From NCBI GenBank assembly GCA_003516025.1, contig CP023991.1, forward strand, positions 901,374 through 933,373: a DNA stretch of 32,000 nucleotides, written 5' to 3'. The notes beneath the pieces were generated by a model. That model saw only the letters and a list, made by a program, of their open reading frames with translations. It was not told where the DNA came from and did not search any database. This DNA is from Candidatus Saccharimonadota bacterium (GTDB lineage: Bacteria > Patescibacteriota > Saccharimonadia > Saccharimonadales > UBA4665). The position numbers and the translations under genes are program-made. This document shows positions 24,532 through 32,000 of the stretch, piece after piece (positions within the stretch are counted from its first letter, which is position 1; every line of letters begins with the position of its first letter).

Positions 24532-25038
24532 CTATGAATTTTTAGGCTGCGTAAACTTTTCGTGTACGGCTTCGTAGTCATACATTTCGCTTTCACTGAA
24601 CCAGTGAGCGATTTCCTGCTCAGCCTCATTAGCATCGGCTGAAGCGTGGATAATATTGGAGACGCTCTTACCACTGGCGTTGGCAGCCCCGTAAGAAACG
24701 TGGGCGTAATCACCGCGGATAGTGCCGGGCAATGCACTTTTAGGCTCAGTAGATCCAACCATCTTGCGAACGGTCTCAACGGCGTCAACGCCTTCCAGTA
24801 CCATCGCGATCACCGGGCCAACCAACATAGACTTAAGCTGGCTTTCGAAAATTTCATCACCCTTGCGGGTCTTCAGCGTACCGATACCTTCATAGTGCTG
24901 ATGGTAATGGTCGTAATCCGGCTGCAGCATCTTTGTGCCTACGATCTTCAGGCCGACCCGTTCAAAACGGGTCAAAACTTCGCCGACGATACCGCGCTGG
25001 ACTGAATCTGGTTTAAATACGATAAGGGTACGTTCCAT
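24532..25038 (-). CDS. ndk: nucleoside-diphosphate kinase
   Basis: ERTL...KPD.V.R...G....R.E..G......K and the active site NIIHASD are present. 168 aa. Confidence 0.92.
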   Translation of the reverse strand: MERTLIVFKPDSVQRGIVGEVLTRFERVGLKIVGTKMLQPDYDHYHQHYEGIGTLKTRKGDEIFESQLKSMLVGPVIAMVLEGVDAVETVRKMVGSTEPKSALPGTIRGDYAHVSYGAANASGKSVSNIIHASADANEAEQEIAHWFSESEMYDYEAVHEKFTQPKNS

Positions 25039-25158
25039 AAGAGTGAGGATCCTGTTTAATTTACCCTACTATACCAGACATTGGCCCCTACGACCACCGT
25101 CGGCGAGAGTTCAGGCGATTAGTCGCACAATATTCTCCAAGCACGCTATAATAGGCTT

Positions 25159-26079
25159 ATGCTATTTAGTAAAACCAAAACTGACTTTCTGGAATATTTA
25201 GAGATCGAGCAGAACCGCTCGCAGCGTACTATCGCCAATTACGACCATTATTTGAGCCGCTTGATTGACTTTACCGATACTGATCTTAAAGTGAGCGACA
25301 TTACGCCGGAATTAATCCGTAAGTGGCGGCTGTGGCTCAACCGCCTGGGCAGCAACACCAGTGATGAGCTGCAGAAGAATACGCAGAATTACCATTTGAT
25401 TGCTCTACGCAGCTTCTTGAAGTATTGCTCCAAGCGCGACATCCCCGCCCTGGCAGCTGATAAGGTCGAACTAGCGCGGGTAGTGCGTAAACAGGTAACA
25501 TTTTTAAATGAAGACGAACTCACCCGCCTGTTCGCCGGACCAAAACTGGACACTATAGGCGGCCTCAGGGATCGGGCCATTCTAGAACTTCTGTTCAGCA
25601 GCGGGCTGCGCGTGTCCGAACTGGTCGGACTGGATCGGGATCACGTTAATCTTAAACGCCGGGAATTTATGGTCCGCGGTAAAGGCCAGAAAGACCGGCC
25701 GATATTTATTAGCGAAGCTGCGGCCGGATGGATTCAGCTGTACCTCAATAAGCGACAGGATACCAACAAGGCACTTTTTATCCGCTACGGTGGCCGTAAA
25801 ACAGTCGATAACACCGGTAATTACCTTCGCCTGACCGCCCGGAGCGTCCAGCGGTTAGTGGCCAACTATGCCCTGTTGGCCGGTATTACCAAAGCAGTCC
25901 ATCCCCATACATTACGGCATTCATTCGCCACTGACTTACTGATGAACGGCGCCGATTTACGCAGCGTGCAGGCCATGCTGGGACACAGCAACATCGCTAC
26001 TACGCAAATTTATACGCACGTTACCGATCCGCATTTGCGGAGCGTACACGAACGTTTTCACTCTAAAGCAGTTAAGTAG
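25159..26079 (+). CDS. xerC: tyrosine site-specific recombinase, XerC/XerD-like
   Basis: N-terminal SAM-like core-binding domain. The C-terminus has R..GKG.K.R, HTLRHSFAT.L...GADLR.VQ..LGHS.I.TTQIYTHV. TATAAT (25147-25152) lies 6 nt upstream of the ATG. Confidence 0.85.
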   Translation: MLFSKTKTDFLEYLEIEQNRSQRTIANYDHYLSRLIDFTDTDLKVSDITPELIRKWRLWLNRLGSNTSDELQKNTQNYHLIALRSFLKYCSKRDIPALAADKVELARVVRKQVTFLNEDELTRLFAGPKLDTIGGLRDRAILELLFSSGLRVSELVGLDRDHVNLKRREFMVRGKGQKDRPIFISEAAAGWIQLYLNKRQDTNKALFIRYGGRKTVDNTGNYLRLTARSVQRLVANYALLAGITKAVHPHTLRHSFATDLLMNGADLRSVQAMLGHSNIATTQIYTHVTDPHLRSVHERFHSKAVK

Positions 26080-26090
26080 CGCTTACTGGC

Positions 26091-27149
26091 CTACGGCCCG
26101 ACGCTCATAACCTTACACATCGGGTTTGTGGTATCAGTCACCGTGATATCGTTTGGTACGCGGAACGTCGTGCCAGCCTGGGCGAAGCGTTTACAAACCG
26201 CACTGGCTGAATCCAACGCGTAGTTACTGCTGTCACTATCCGGACTGAGGCTAACGCGTACCTGAATGCGCCGGAGTACGTCCTGGGCTTTACCGGTAAC
26301 ATCTATCACTGCCTGAGCATCTTTGAGATTTAAAGTATTGTTTGAGCTGTCCGTCGCATTCATTGTAAGCGTGCCGGCATTATAAATAGCCATCGCCCGT
26401 AGGCTGTAGTTGGTACTGCCGGAAACACCACTAATAGTAGCCGAACACTGAGTTGTCGTGCAGTACATTGGGCTCACGGAGCCGTCGGCAGTCGCATAGG
26501 CCACGTTTGGACTCGTCTGTTTAACTGGATAAAAGAAAATGGTGCGCTGTTGGTTACGCAAAGTGTCGCGCTGCAGCGAGCTGGTTGGCACAAGATCAAC
26601 GCGAAGGACGCCGTATGGACATGTCCAGTCGCCGGTTCCCGCTTTAGGGAATGAACCAGCCGTCGAGCTGCAACTTGCCACGCTGGTAGGCGGGGTCGGC
26701 AATGACCAGGCTAATTTAACGGTGCTCACAGACCCCGACGCGGGATGTATAGGCATTACGACCGAACCGCCGTCGGCCGAGACGGATCCAATTACTTCTT
26801 TTACCTTATCGGTATTAACCATAACGCAGGTATAGGAGACGCCAGTAGCAATATTTGGCTTGAGGTTGGAGTACAGGCCATTGGCAGTGTCGGTACAGCT
26901 GGTCTTCTGAAGACTAGTCGTGGCAGGCGTCGCGCGAATGAGTTTAACTACCTCGTTCACGCCGCTTTCGGCTGCCAGGAAGGCTTGCGTGCTTAAGCTA
27001 CGGTCCAGCACCTGGCGTTGCTCACGGCGTGAAACCTGGGCAAAGCCCAATACAATCAGACTGATAACAATCATCATGATCATCGTAACGATGATTGAAA
27101 CCATACCGGTATCCGTGCGTTTAATGTGTATGTGCGAAGTTTTCATCAT
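26091..27149 (-). CDS. PilX-N-terminal-domain protein (type IV pilus-associated, putative minor pilin or tip component)
   Basis: N-terminal hydrophobic helix followed by R.EQR......QAF.AAESG, as in PilX_N-type proteins. It is the last gene of the pilin operon. Confidence 0.6.
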   Translation of the reverse strand: MMKTSHIHIKRTDTGMVSIIVTMIMMIVISLIVLGFAQVSRREQRQVLDRSLSTQAFLAAESGVNEVVKLIRATPATTSLQKTSCTDTANGLYSNLKPNIATGVSYTCVMVNTDKVKEVIGSVSADGGSVVMPIHPASGSVSTVKLAWSLPTPPTSVASCSSTAGSFPKAGTGDWTCPYGVLRVDLVPTSSLQRDTLRNQQRTIFFYPVKQTSPNVAYATADGSVSPMYCTTTQCSATISGVSGSTNYSLRAMAIYNAGTLTMNATDSSNNTLNLKDAQAVIDVTGKAQDVLRRIQVRVSLSPDSDSSNYALDSASAVCKRFAQAGTTFRVPNDITVTDTTNPMCKVMSVGP

Positions 27150-27157
27150 GCTTACCT

Positions 27158-27889
27158 TTATTCTACCCTCATTTGGACTGTTGTGTTAAGTTCGCTGACC
27201 GCGCAGAACTGGCTGCCGCTAACTGACCGGCATTGCACATCTTCCAAGTCTGATCTGCCGTTAAAGGTTGTCGCGGTTGCCGGTGACGCGGTCTTGGCGC
27301 AGGCGCCAGGATTATTACCCGATATGGCCGGAATACACAGCAGGTCATCGTCGCCGTAGACAACTTTGACGCCCAGGTTATACATTGACGCCTGCCCGCT
27401 TACAGGTGAGATATTAAATTTAACGATCCGCATGCGATCACCCAGTAATTCCCGGCCGCTCGTCGCGGTTGGCAACGCCGTCATCGACTGCACGTTTAAG
27501 GCACCCGTTCCGGAGGAGCAACCGGATATCGTATCCGCTACCAGCGCGTGCTTGTTGGTATCATTAATCTGCCGGTTAAGAACAAAGCTATAACGCTCAG
27601 TCTGGCCGATACAGAAAGCCGTCGGAGTCGTGGACGTACCCGAAGTGCCCTGTATCGTGTACAAGTTGCTCACGTTGCCATTACCGTACTGTATGGTGCG
27701 CGAAATATCATCAATCAGCGCCCGGGCAGTATTTTGAGTACTCGTCGATATAACACCTTTATAGTACTGCCGTGAGAATTGAAGTACACCGGTAGTAATA
27801 ACGATCAGCGTCAGCGCGAATACCATCGAAGCAATGAGCAGCTCGATGACCGTAAAACCCTGCTGACTTAGGTGCTTACTCATGGACAA
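27158..27889 (-). CDS. minor (pseudo)pilin with a prepilin-type N-terminal cleavage/methylation motif
   Basis: QQG|FTVIELLIASMVFAL class III signal. Overlaps the upstream gene by 10 nt. Confidence 0.8.
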   Translation of the reverse strand: MSMSKHLSQQGFTVIELLIASMVFALTLIVITTGVLQFSRQYYKGVISTSTQNTARALIDDISRTIQYGNGNVSNLYTIQGTSGTSTTPTAFCIGQTERYSFVLNRQINDTNKHALVADTISGCSSGTGALNVQSMTALPTATSGRELLGDRMRIVKFNISPVSGQASMYNLGVKVVYGDDDLLCIPAISGNNPGACAKTASPATATTFNGRSDLEDVQCRSVSGSQFCAVSELNTTVQMRVE

Positions 27890-28719
27890 TCCTTGCCGCC
27901 CTTAATAGATAAAGTTATCGCTGAGCCAGACCCTTCTCCACCAATGATAAATAAGCCGGACTGATTCGTGCCACCGCTGTTTACGCACACCCGGACACCG
28001 TCCGTGGGGTTAACTATGCTGGTCGTCAGCTTAGTGTTCGCGTCGGTTACGCCATTCAGTTTTGTTTGATTTATCTGCGTGCCAGGTATAGCCAGCACGT
28101 TAACCTGCTGTGATATGTCGCCACCGCCAAAGTTACCAATACTAGAAACGAAACCTATGAAGCCGACTTGCTTTGCGGCAACCGATGGGTCGGATCCGTA
28201 GTATACCTTGCTTATAGTCATGCCGTAGGGCATATTGAGGTTCTCGTAAAAGTCGGGGAATGTGCTGGTAGCAGCATTGTTGGATTTTGCGGCCAATACC
28301 GGCTTTATGGGCGCCAACGTAGCGTCAGCTGAATCTTCCGATCCCTGCAGGCCGGCTACGGTGTAGACGTTATACTCCTGCGGGTTTGTGCCGTTAATGC
28401 CAAATTGTATGGCCTTCCCAAAGAATATGCATCCGTCATTAGTTCCCCGTGCCTTGGCAGCAACCGATAGAACCGGACCATTGGACCCGGTAACGCATTT
28501 GATATTTTCATTACTGGCATAATAGCCATTCGACACCTCATTGATAGTCTGCTGTATTTGTCCCTGAATCTGCCGGATACCCTGCGAGAATTCGGTATTG
28601 CGCTGGCGGCCGCCAATTACCAGGGTAGCGCTAAACAACATGGCGCCAGCAATCGCCAACACAATTAATGTTTCGATGATGGTAAAGCCTTTGTTCAGCT
28701 CTGGCAACCCACGCTTCAT
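27880..28719 (-). CDS. minor (pseudo)pilin with a prepilin-type N-terminal cleavage/methylation motif
   Basis: NKG|FTIIETLIVLAIAGAML class III signal. 279 aa. Confidence 0.8.
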   Translation of the reverse strand: MKRGLPELNKGFTIIETLIVLAIAGAMLFSATLVIGGRQRNTEFSQGIRQIQGQIQQTINEVSNGYYASNENIKCVTGSNGPVLSVAAKARGTNDGCIFFGKAIQFGINGTNPQEYNVYTVAGLQGSEDSADATLAPIKPVLAAKSNNAATSTFPDFYENLNMPYGMTISKVYYGSDPSVAAKQVGFIGFVSSIGNFGGGDISQQVNVLAIPGTQINQTKLNGVTDANTKLTTSIVNPTDGVRVCVNSGGTNQSGLFIIGGEGSGSAITLSIKGGKDCP

Positions 28720-28785
28720 GGCATCAGTATAACATAAGCATAATAGTTACACCCAGCTATTTCATTGCGAGCATATTTTACTAGC

Positions 28786-29646
28786 CTAGAGGCCCAGAAA
28801 CGTCTGGCCGTACCAGTCGAGAACACGGGATCCCCATAGAACCACCACGATGCCCGCCACAATAAGGAACGGTCCAAATGGTAAATGCGTCGTCCGGTCT
28901 GCCTTGCCGGTTGCCAGCAGTGGCACAGCAATAAGAGTGCCTATAAATGAAGCCAAAAAGATGACGAGCAGCGCTTCGGGTACACCGCCAACGAGCAACC
29001 CGAGCAATACTCCAAGAGTGATGTCGCCACCACCAATCCATCGCCCTTTAGAAACGGTATACAGTACAAAGAATAATCCACCGATCACCAACGCGCCCAG
29101 TAAAGCCATGAGAAGCGATCGAATGCCCTGGCCCCATACGAAGGACTGGAGCAAAACCTGTAAAAACGCCAGACCGATCAACGGCATCACGATGCTGTGC
29201 GGCAGCAGGAACCAGCGGAGGTCATACAATATAAGCGCTACGAAGCCGATAAGAAAGATGAGCCAGAGTCCAAAAAGCACGAGCCCTTCGCCGCTTAAAT
29301 TATGCGGCCATGCCAAGTACGAAATGACAAACAACAGCGGAGTGACCAACTCCGCGAGCGGCGAATCCTCAATTTTCTTACCACAGTATCGACACTTGCC
29401 CCGCAGCCAGAGGTAACTAACTATCGGGATTAAATCTTTGGCGGCCAACTCGTGGTGGCAGTGCGTACACATACTGCGGCCTTTGGTGATCGAAAGCTCA
29501 TCGGCTGTGAGTTCAGCTTTTTTCTTACTTTTCTTACCCTCGGCGAGCTGTTCTTTCAGCTCCGCCTGCTTATAATGCCGCCAGACGAAAGCGTTCACAA
29601 AGCTGCCGAAACATAAACCTAGAATGAGGAGAATAAGTATAACCAT
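28786..29646 (-). CDS. pilD: prepilin peptidase (A24 family)
   Basis: The N-terminal Cys pairs (CTHCHH...CRYCGKKI) form the zinc-binding DiS_P_DiS region, followed by polytopic TM helices with a GGGD motif. Confidence 0.9.
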   Translation of the reverse strand: MVILILLILGLCFGSFVNAFVWRHYKQAELKEQLAEGKKSKKKAELTADELSITKGRSMCTHCHHELAAKDLIPIVSYLWLRGKCRYCGKKIEDSPLAELVTPLLFVISYLAWPHNLSGEGLVLFGLWLIFLIGFVALILYDLRWFLLPHSIVMPLIGLAFLQVLLQSFVWGQGIRSLLMALLGALVIGGLFFVLYTVSKGRWIGGGDITLGVLLGLLVGGVPEALLVIFLASFIGTLIAVPLLATGKADRTTHLPFGPFLIVAGIVVVLWGSRVLDWYGQTFLGL

Positions 29647-29663
29647 TAGAGGTTATAATAGCA

Positions 29664-29698
29664 CACCAATAAAAATAGGCTCCAATTTGGAGCCTATT
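29664..29698 (-). terminator. intrinsic terminator after the distal pilin gene
   Basis: AATAGGCTCC AATTT GGAGCCTATT forms a 10-bp stem, followed on the minus strand by TTTTATTGG. Confidence 0.7.
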
Positions 29699-29720
29699 AT
29701 ATATAAACCAGCTATATCAA

Positions 29721-30173
29721 TTAGTTACTCGTGCACTGTGCCGTGTCAGGTTCAACACGATACAGCACAGCTATTTGGCGAGCCGATCCGTCTACTGCAT
29801 TACCATTACTGTCACACTTGGCGCTTGTGCGGACCACTAGAGTATCTGGGGTGACATTGGCTGCGTTGTTAGTATAAGCTTTTGAGCCGACCGATGGATT
29901 GGTCGCTGAGGTAGTATAGTAACTAAGCGTACCGACTGCATTGACGATATTTGTATTATTCACAGATGCCATACTGTTGCCGTTATTATTAATAACTTCT
30001 TGAACCGCTCCCAGTATGCGTGATACGTCGCTGCGGCGTGAGGTGTTGCGTGAGTTGCGCTGCAGGGCTGGTACGGCCAGGAATACGATCAACATGATCA
30101 AACCGGCGATGGCCAACACGATCAGGACTTCGATGATCGTGAAACCCTTGTTAGTTTTAATGTTTTTCAGCAT
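29721..30173 (-). CDS. pilA: type IV major pilin paralogue 1 (150 aa)
   Basis: MLKNIKTNKG|FTIIEVLIVLAIAGLIMLIVF class III signal. A C-terminal Cys pair gives the disulfide loop. AGGAAGG SD favours ATG 30173 over 30179. Confidence 0.85.
   Translation of the reverse strand: MLKNIKTNKGFTIIEVLIVLAIAGLIMLIVFLAVPALQRNSRNTSRRSDVSRILGAVQEVINNNGNSMASVNNTNIVNAVGTLSYYTTSATNPSVGSKAYTNNAANVTPDTLVVRTSAKCDSNGNAVDGSARQIAVLYRVEPDTAQCTSN
30018..30159. repeat. 142-bp perfect direct repeat, copy A (5' part of pilin 1)
   Basis: Base-for-base identical to 30556-30697 by direct comparison of the two stretches. Confidence 0.9.
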
Positions 30174-30204
30174 ATACATCCTTCCTCTTCTTCCTTTATA
30201 AGGG

Positions 30205-30232
30205 AAAGGCCCTCAAACCAGTGAGGGCCTTT
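30205..30232 (-). other. GC-rich hairpin between the two pilin genes, with no U-tract
   Basis: AAAGGCCCTCA / TGAGGGCCTTT forms an 11-bp stem with a 6-nt loop. It is not followed by a T-run on either strand. Confidence 0.5.
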
Positions 30233-30258
30233 ACGCGCACATTACTTCTATCTACTAA

Positions 30259-30711
30259 CTAGCTGTTGACGCACTGCTTCGTCGTACCAGGTTCAACGGC
30301 GAAGATCACTGCAACCTGTCGGCTGGTAGCCCCGGTTTTAGTTGCCAGACCGTCATCACAAGTGGACCCCAGGTAAATCGCAATAGTATCAGTATTAGCA
30401 GCGCCCGTAGCGGTAGTAGGAGCAGCGTTAACACTTGCGATAGACGTGTAGTAACCGAGCGTTCCAGCCGCATCTTTTACCTTATCTACAGTAATTGCAG
30501 CGGTGGTAACCGCACCATTGCTGTTAGCCGATACTTCTTGTACGGCTCCCAACACGCGTGATACGTCGCTGCGGCGTGAGGTGTTGCGTGAGTTGCGCTG
30601 CAGGGCTGGTACGGCCAGGAATACGATCAACATGATCAAACCGGCGATGGCCAACACGATCAGGACTTCGATGATCGTGAAACCCTTGTTAGTTTTAGTA
30701 TTCTTTAGCAT
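30259..30711 (-). CDS. pilA: type IV major pilin paralogue 2 (150 aa)
   Basis: MLKNTKTNKG|FTIIEVLIVLAIAGLIMLIVF, with a C-terminal Cys pair. AAGGGGG SD lies 8 nt upstream of ATG 30711. The longer ORF to 30783 is rejected. Confidence 0.85.
   Translation of the reverse strand: MLKNTKTNKGFTIIEVLIVLAIAGLIMLIVFLAVPALQRNSRNTSRRSDVSRVLGAVQEVSANSNGAVTTAAITVDKVKDAAGTLGYYTSIASVNAAPTTATGAANTDTIAIYLGSTCDDGLATKTGATSRQVAVIFAVEPGTTKQCVNS
30556..30697. repeat. 142-bp perfect direct repeat, copy B (5' part of pilin 2)
   Basis: Base-for-base identical to 30018-30159. The copies are 538 bp apart. Confidence 0.9.
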
Positions 30712-30806
30712 TGCAAATGCCCCCTTTGCGTAATTTTTAGTGCTTATGTTTTGCATAATAGCCCATTGCTGTTTAAAACACAAGCTTTTTGACTACTGGC
30801 GCGAGG

Positions 30807-32000
30807 CTAGAACGAATTGCCTGCCAGGCTATATACCGGTAACAGCACGGCCGCCACGATCACAAGAGCGACAGCGCCGAGCAATACCATCATCACCGGT
30901 TCGATGATGGTCTGAACGTTCTTAATTTGGTTATCGACTTCTTTTTCATAATATGTAGCCGTCTTATCCAGCATCTGTTCCATAGAGCCCGACTGCTCAC
31001 CGATACGGAGCATGTTCGGAACTAATTCGAGGAAGTTTGGGTCGCCTTCCAGAGCGTCAGCCAGTGACTTACCGCCACGGACCTTCTCAATGGCTTTATC
31101 AACCGAGCCGCTAATATGCACATTGCTTACAGCATCTCCGGTAATTTCCAACATCTGGATCAGCGGCACACCGCTTGATACCAGTGTTGAACCGGTACGC
31201 GAGAAGCGGGCCATATACATCTTATTAAACAAATCACCGACGAGTGGAGCACGCATTTTTACCCGGTCGAGTACTTCTGTACCGGCAGCGGTACGAGTCC
31301 ATTTAACTACCGAGAATCCGATGATACCGACTACGAGTATCGCTGCCCACCAGAACTTAATGATAGCCTGCGACAGCGCCAGCAGCACTTTGGTTACCAG
31401 TGGCAAGTCAGCGCCCGGGAAGCCATCGTATAGAACCTGCACCTGTGGCAGCACTTTAACGAGCATGAAGCTGATCACTGCGAGCATCACCAGCACGACA
31501 ATCACCGGATACACCATAGCACCACGCACCTTGCTGACAATGTCAGCGTCTTTTTCCTGCTGGTCGGCCAACCGCTGTAGCGAGCCGTCAAGCGTACCGG
31601 AGGCCTCGCCGGCCGCGACCATACTGATATAGACATTGTTGAATATCTTGGGGTGCCGGCCCATAGCGACAGATAACGGCGCCCCGCCCTCTACCGCGGC
31701 GATCACTTCATTCACGACGGACTTCAGTGTCTTGTTGCTGGTCTGGCCGTTAACATTGCGCAAACTTTGCAGCAACGGCAAACCGGCGTCAATCAAGGTC
31801 GAGAGCTGGCGTGAAAACAGAATTTTATCCTTAGTGGGAACCCGGTGAAGCCGGGCACTTAATCCGCCGCTATGCTCGTCTTTGGTCAGGTCAAGTACAA
31901 CTAGGCCTTCCTTGCGGATCAGCTGAGCAGCCATCTTTTCGCTTTCGGCCTGAACGTTCGACTTGATGCGTTCACCCGTTTTCGGGTTACGGGCAGTATA
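30807..32000 (-). CDS. pilC: type IV pilus platform protein PilC (T2SS-F family), N-terminus beyond the window edge
   Basis: Two T2SSF repeats (FSRQLSTLIDAGLPLLQSL ; FSRTGSTLVSSGVPLIQML) and 3 TM helices. The frame stays open from 31934 to base 32000 (YTARNPKTGERIKSNVQAESEK...), typical of the PilC N-terminus. Confidence 0.9.
   Translation of the reverse strand, partial: YTARNPKTGERIKSNVQAESEKMAAQLIRKEGLVVLDLTKDEHSGGLSARLHRVPTKDKILFSRQLSTLIDAGLPLLQSLRNVNGQTSNKTLKSVVNEVIAAVEGGAPLSVAMGRHPKIFNNVYISMVAAGEASGTLDGSLQRLADQQEKDADIVSKVRGAMVYPVIVVLVMLAVISFMLVKVLPQVQVLYDGFPGADLPLVTKVLLALSQAIIKFWWAAILVVGIIGFSVVKWTRTAAGTEVLDRVKMRAPLVGDLFNKMYMARFSRTGSTLVSSGVPLIQMLEITGDAVSNVHISGSVDKAIEKVRGGKSLADALEGDPNFLELVPNMLRIGEQSGSMEQMLDKTATYYEKEVDNQIKNVQTIIEPVMMVLLGAVALVIVAAVLLPVYSLAGNSF

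Noticed and set aside
25159-26079. XerC-like recombinase as an integrase of a mobile element, or as a pilin invertase
   Set aside because: The sequence looks like a chromosomal Xer type. I saw no att-like direct repeats of the nearby tRNA-Arg 3' end, no phage or transposon genes, and no inverted repeats flanking the pilin genes; the pilin repeats are direct.
28850-31632. 188-aa and 206-aa plus-strand ORFs opposite pilD and pilC
   Set aside because: They are Ser/Pro/Thr/Arg-rich shadow frames of strongly supported minus-strand genes.

Overview
This is a densely coded chromosomal window of about 50% GC. It looks like a small-genome Patescibacteria/CPR bacterium, possibly Saccharibacteria-like; that placement is an inference from gene content and pilin style, not proven. 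Most of the window is housekeeping. It holds infC(partial)-rpmI-rplT, RNase P RNA and rpmB. It also holds a minus-strand thrS/HAD/ATL/miaA operon, nrdR, eno-gpmA, uppP, ndk and xerC-like. There are six tRNAs, all with encoded CCA: Pro-GGG, Val-GAC, Gly-CCC, Thr-CGU, Asp-GUC and Arg-CCU. The right-hand 6 kb is a minus-strand type IV pilus cluster. It contains pilC (partial), two tandem major-pilin paralogues, pilD, two minor pilins and a PilX-like protein. Items worth a second look: (1) a WhiB-type Fe-S regulator domain carried on a 290-aa protein; (2) a DUF4396/CsoR-like pair behind a perfect C5/G5 palindromic operator, where the repressor lacks the canonical Cu ligands; (3) an ~880-nt non-coding, hairpin-rich stretch between tRNA-Val and thrS with T-box-like motifs; (4) a promoter-to-terminator unit of ~190 nt upstream of nrdR that may be an sRNA or leader; (5) a recurring -10 box 5-8 nt upstream of ATG with no Shine-Dalgarno at many genes, suggesting leaderless mRNAs; (6) an orphan ANTAR protein; (7) an ASCH-RNase HI fusion; (8) a tiny KGG-like gene split over two frames. 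No CRISPR array, transposase or prophage was seen. All calls rest on reading the sequence and remembered family motifs; no searches were run.
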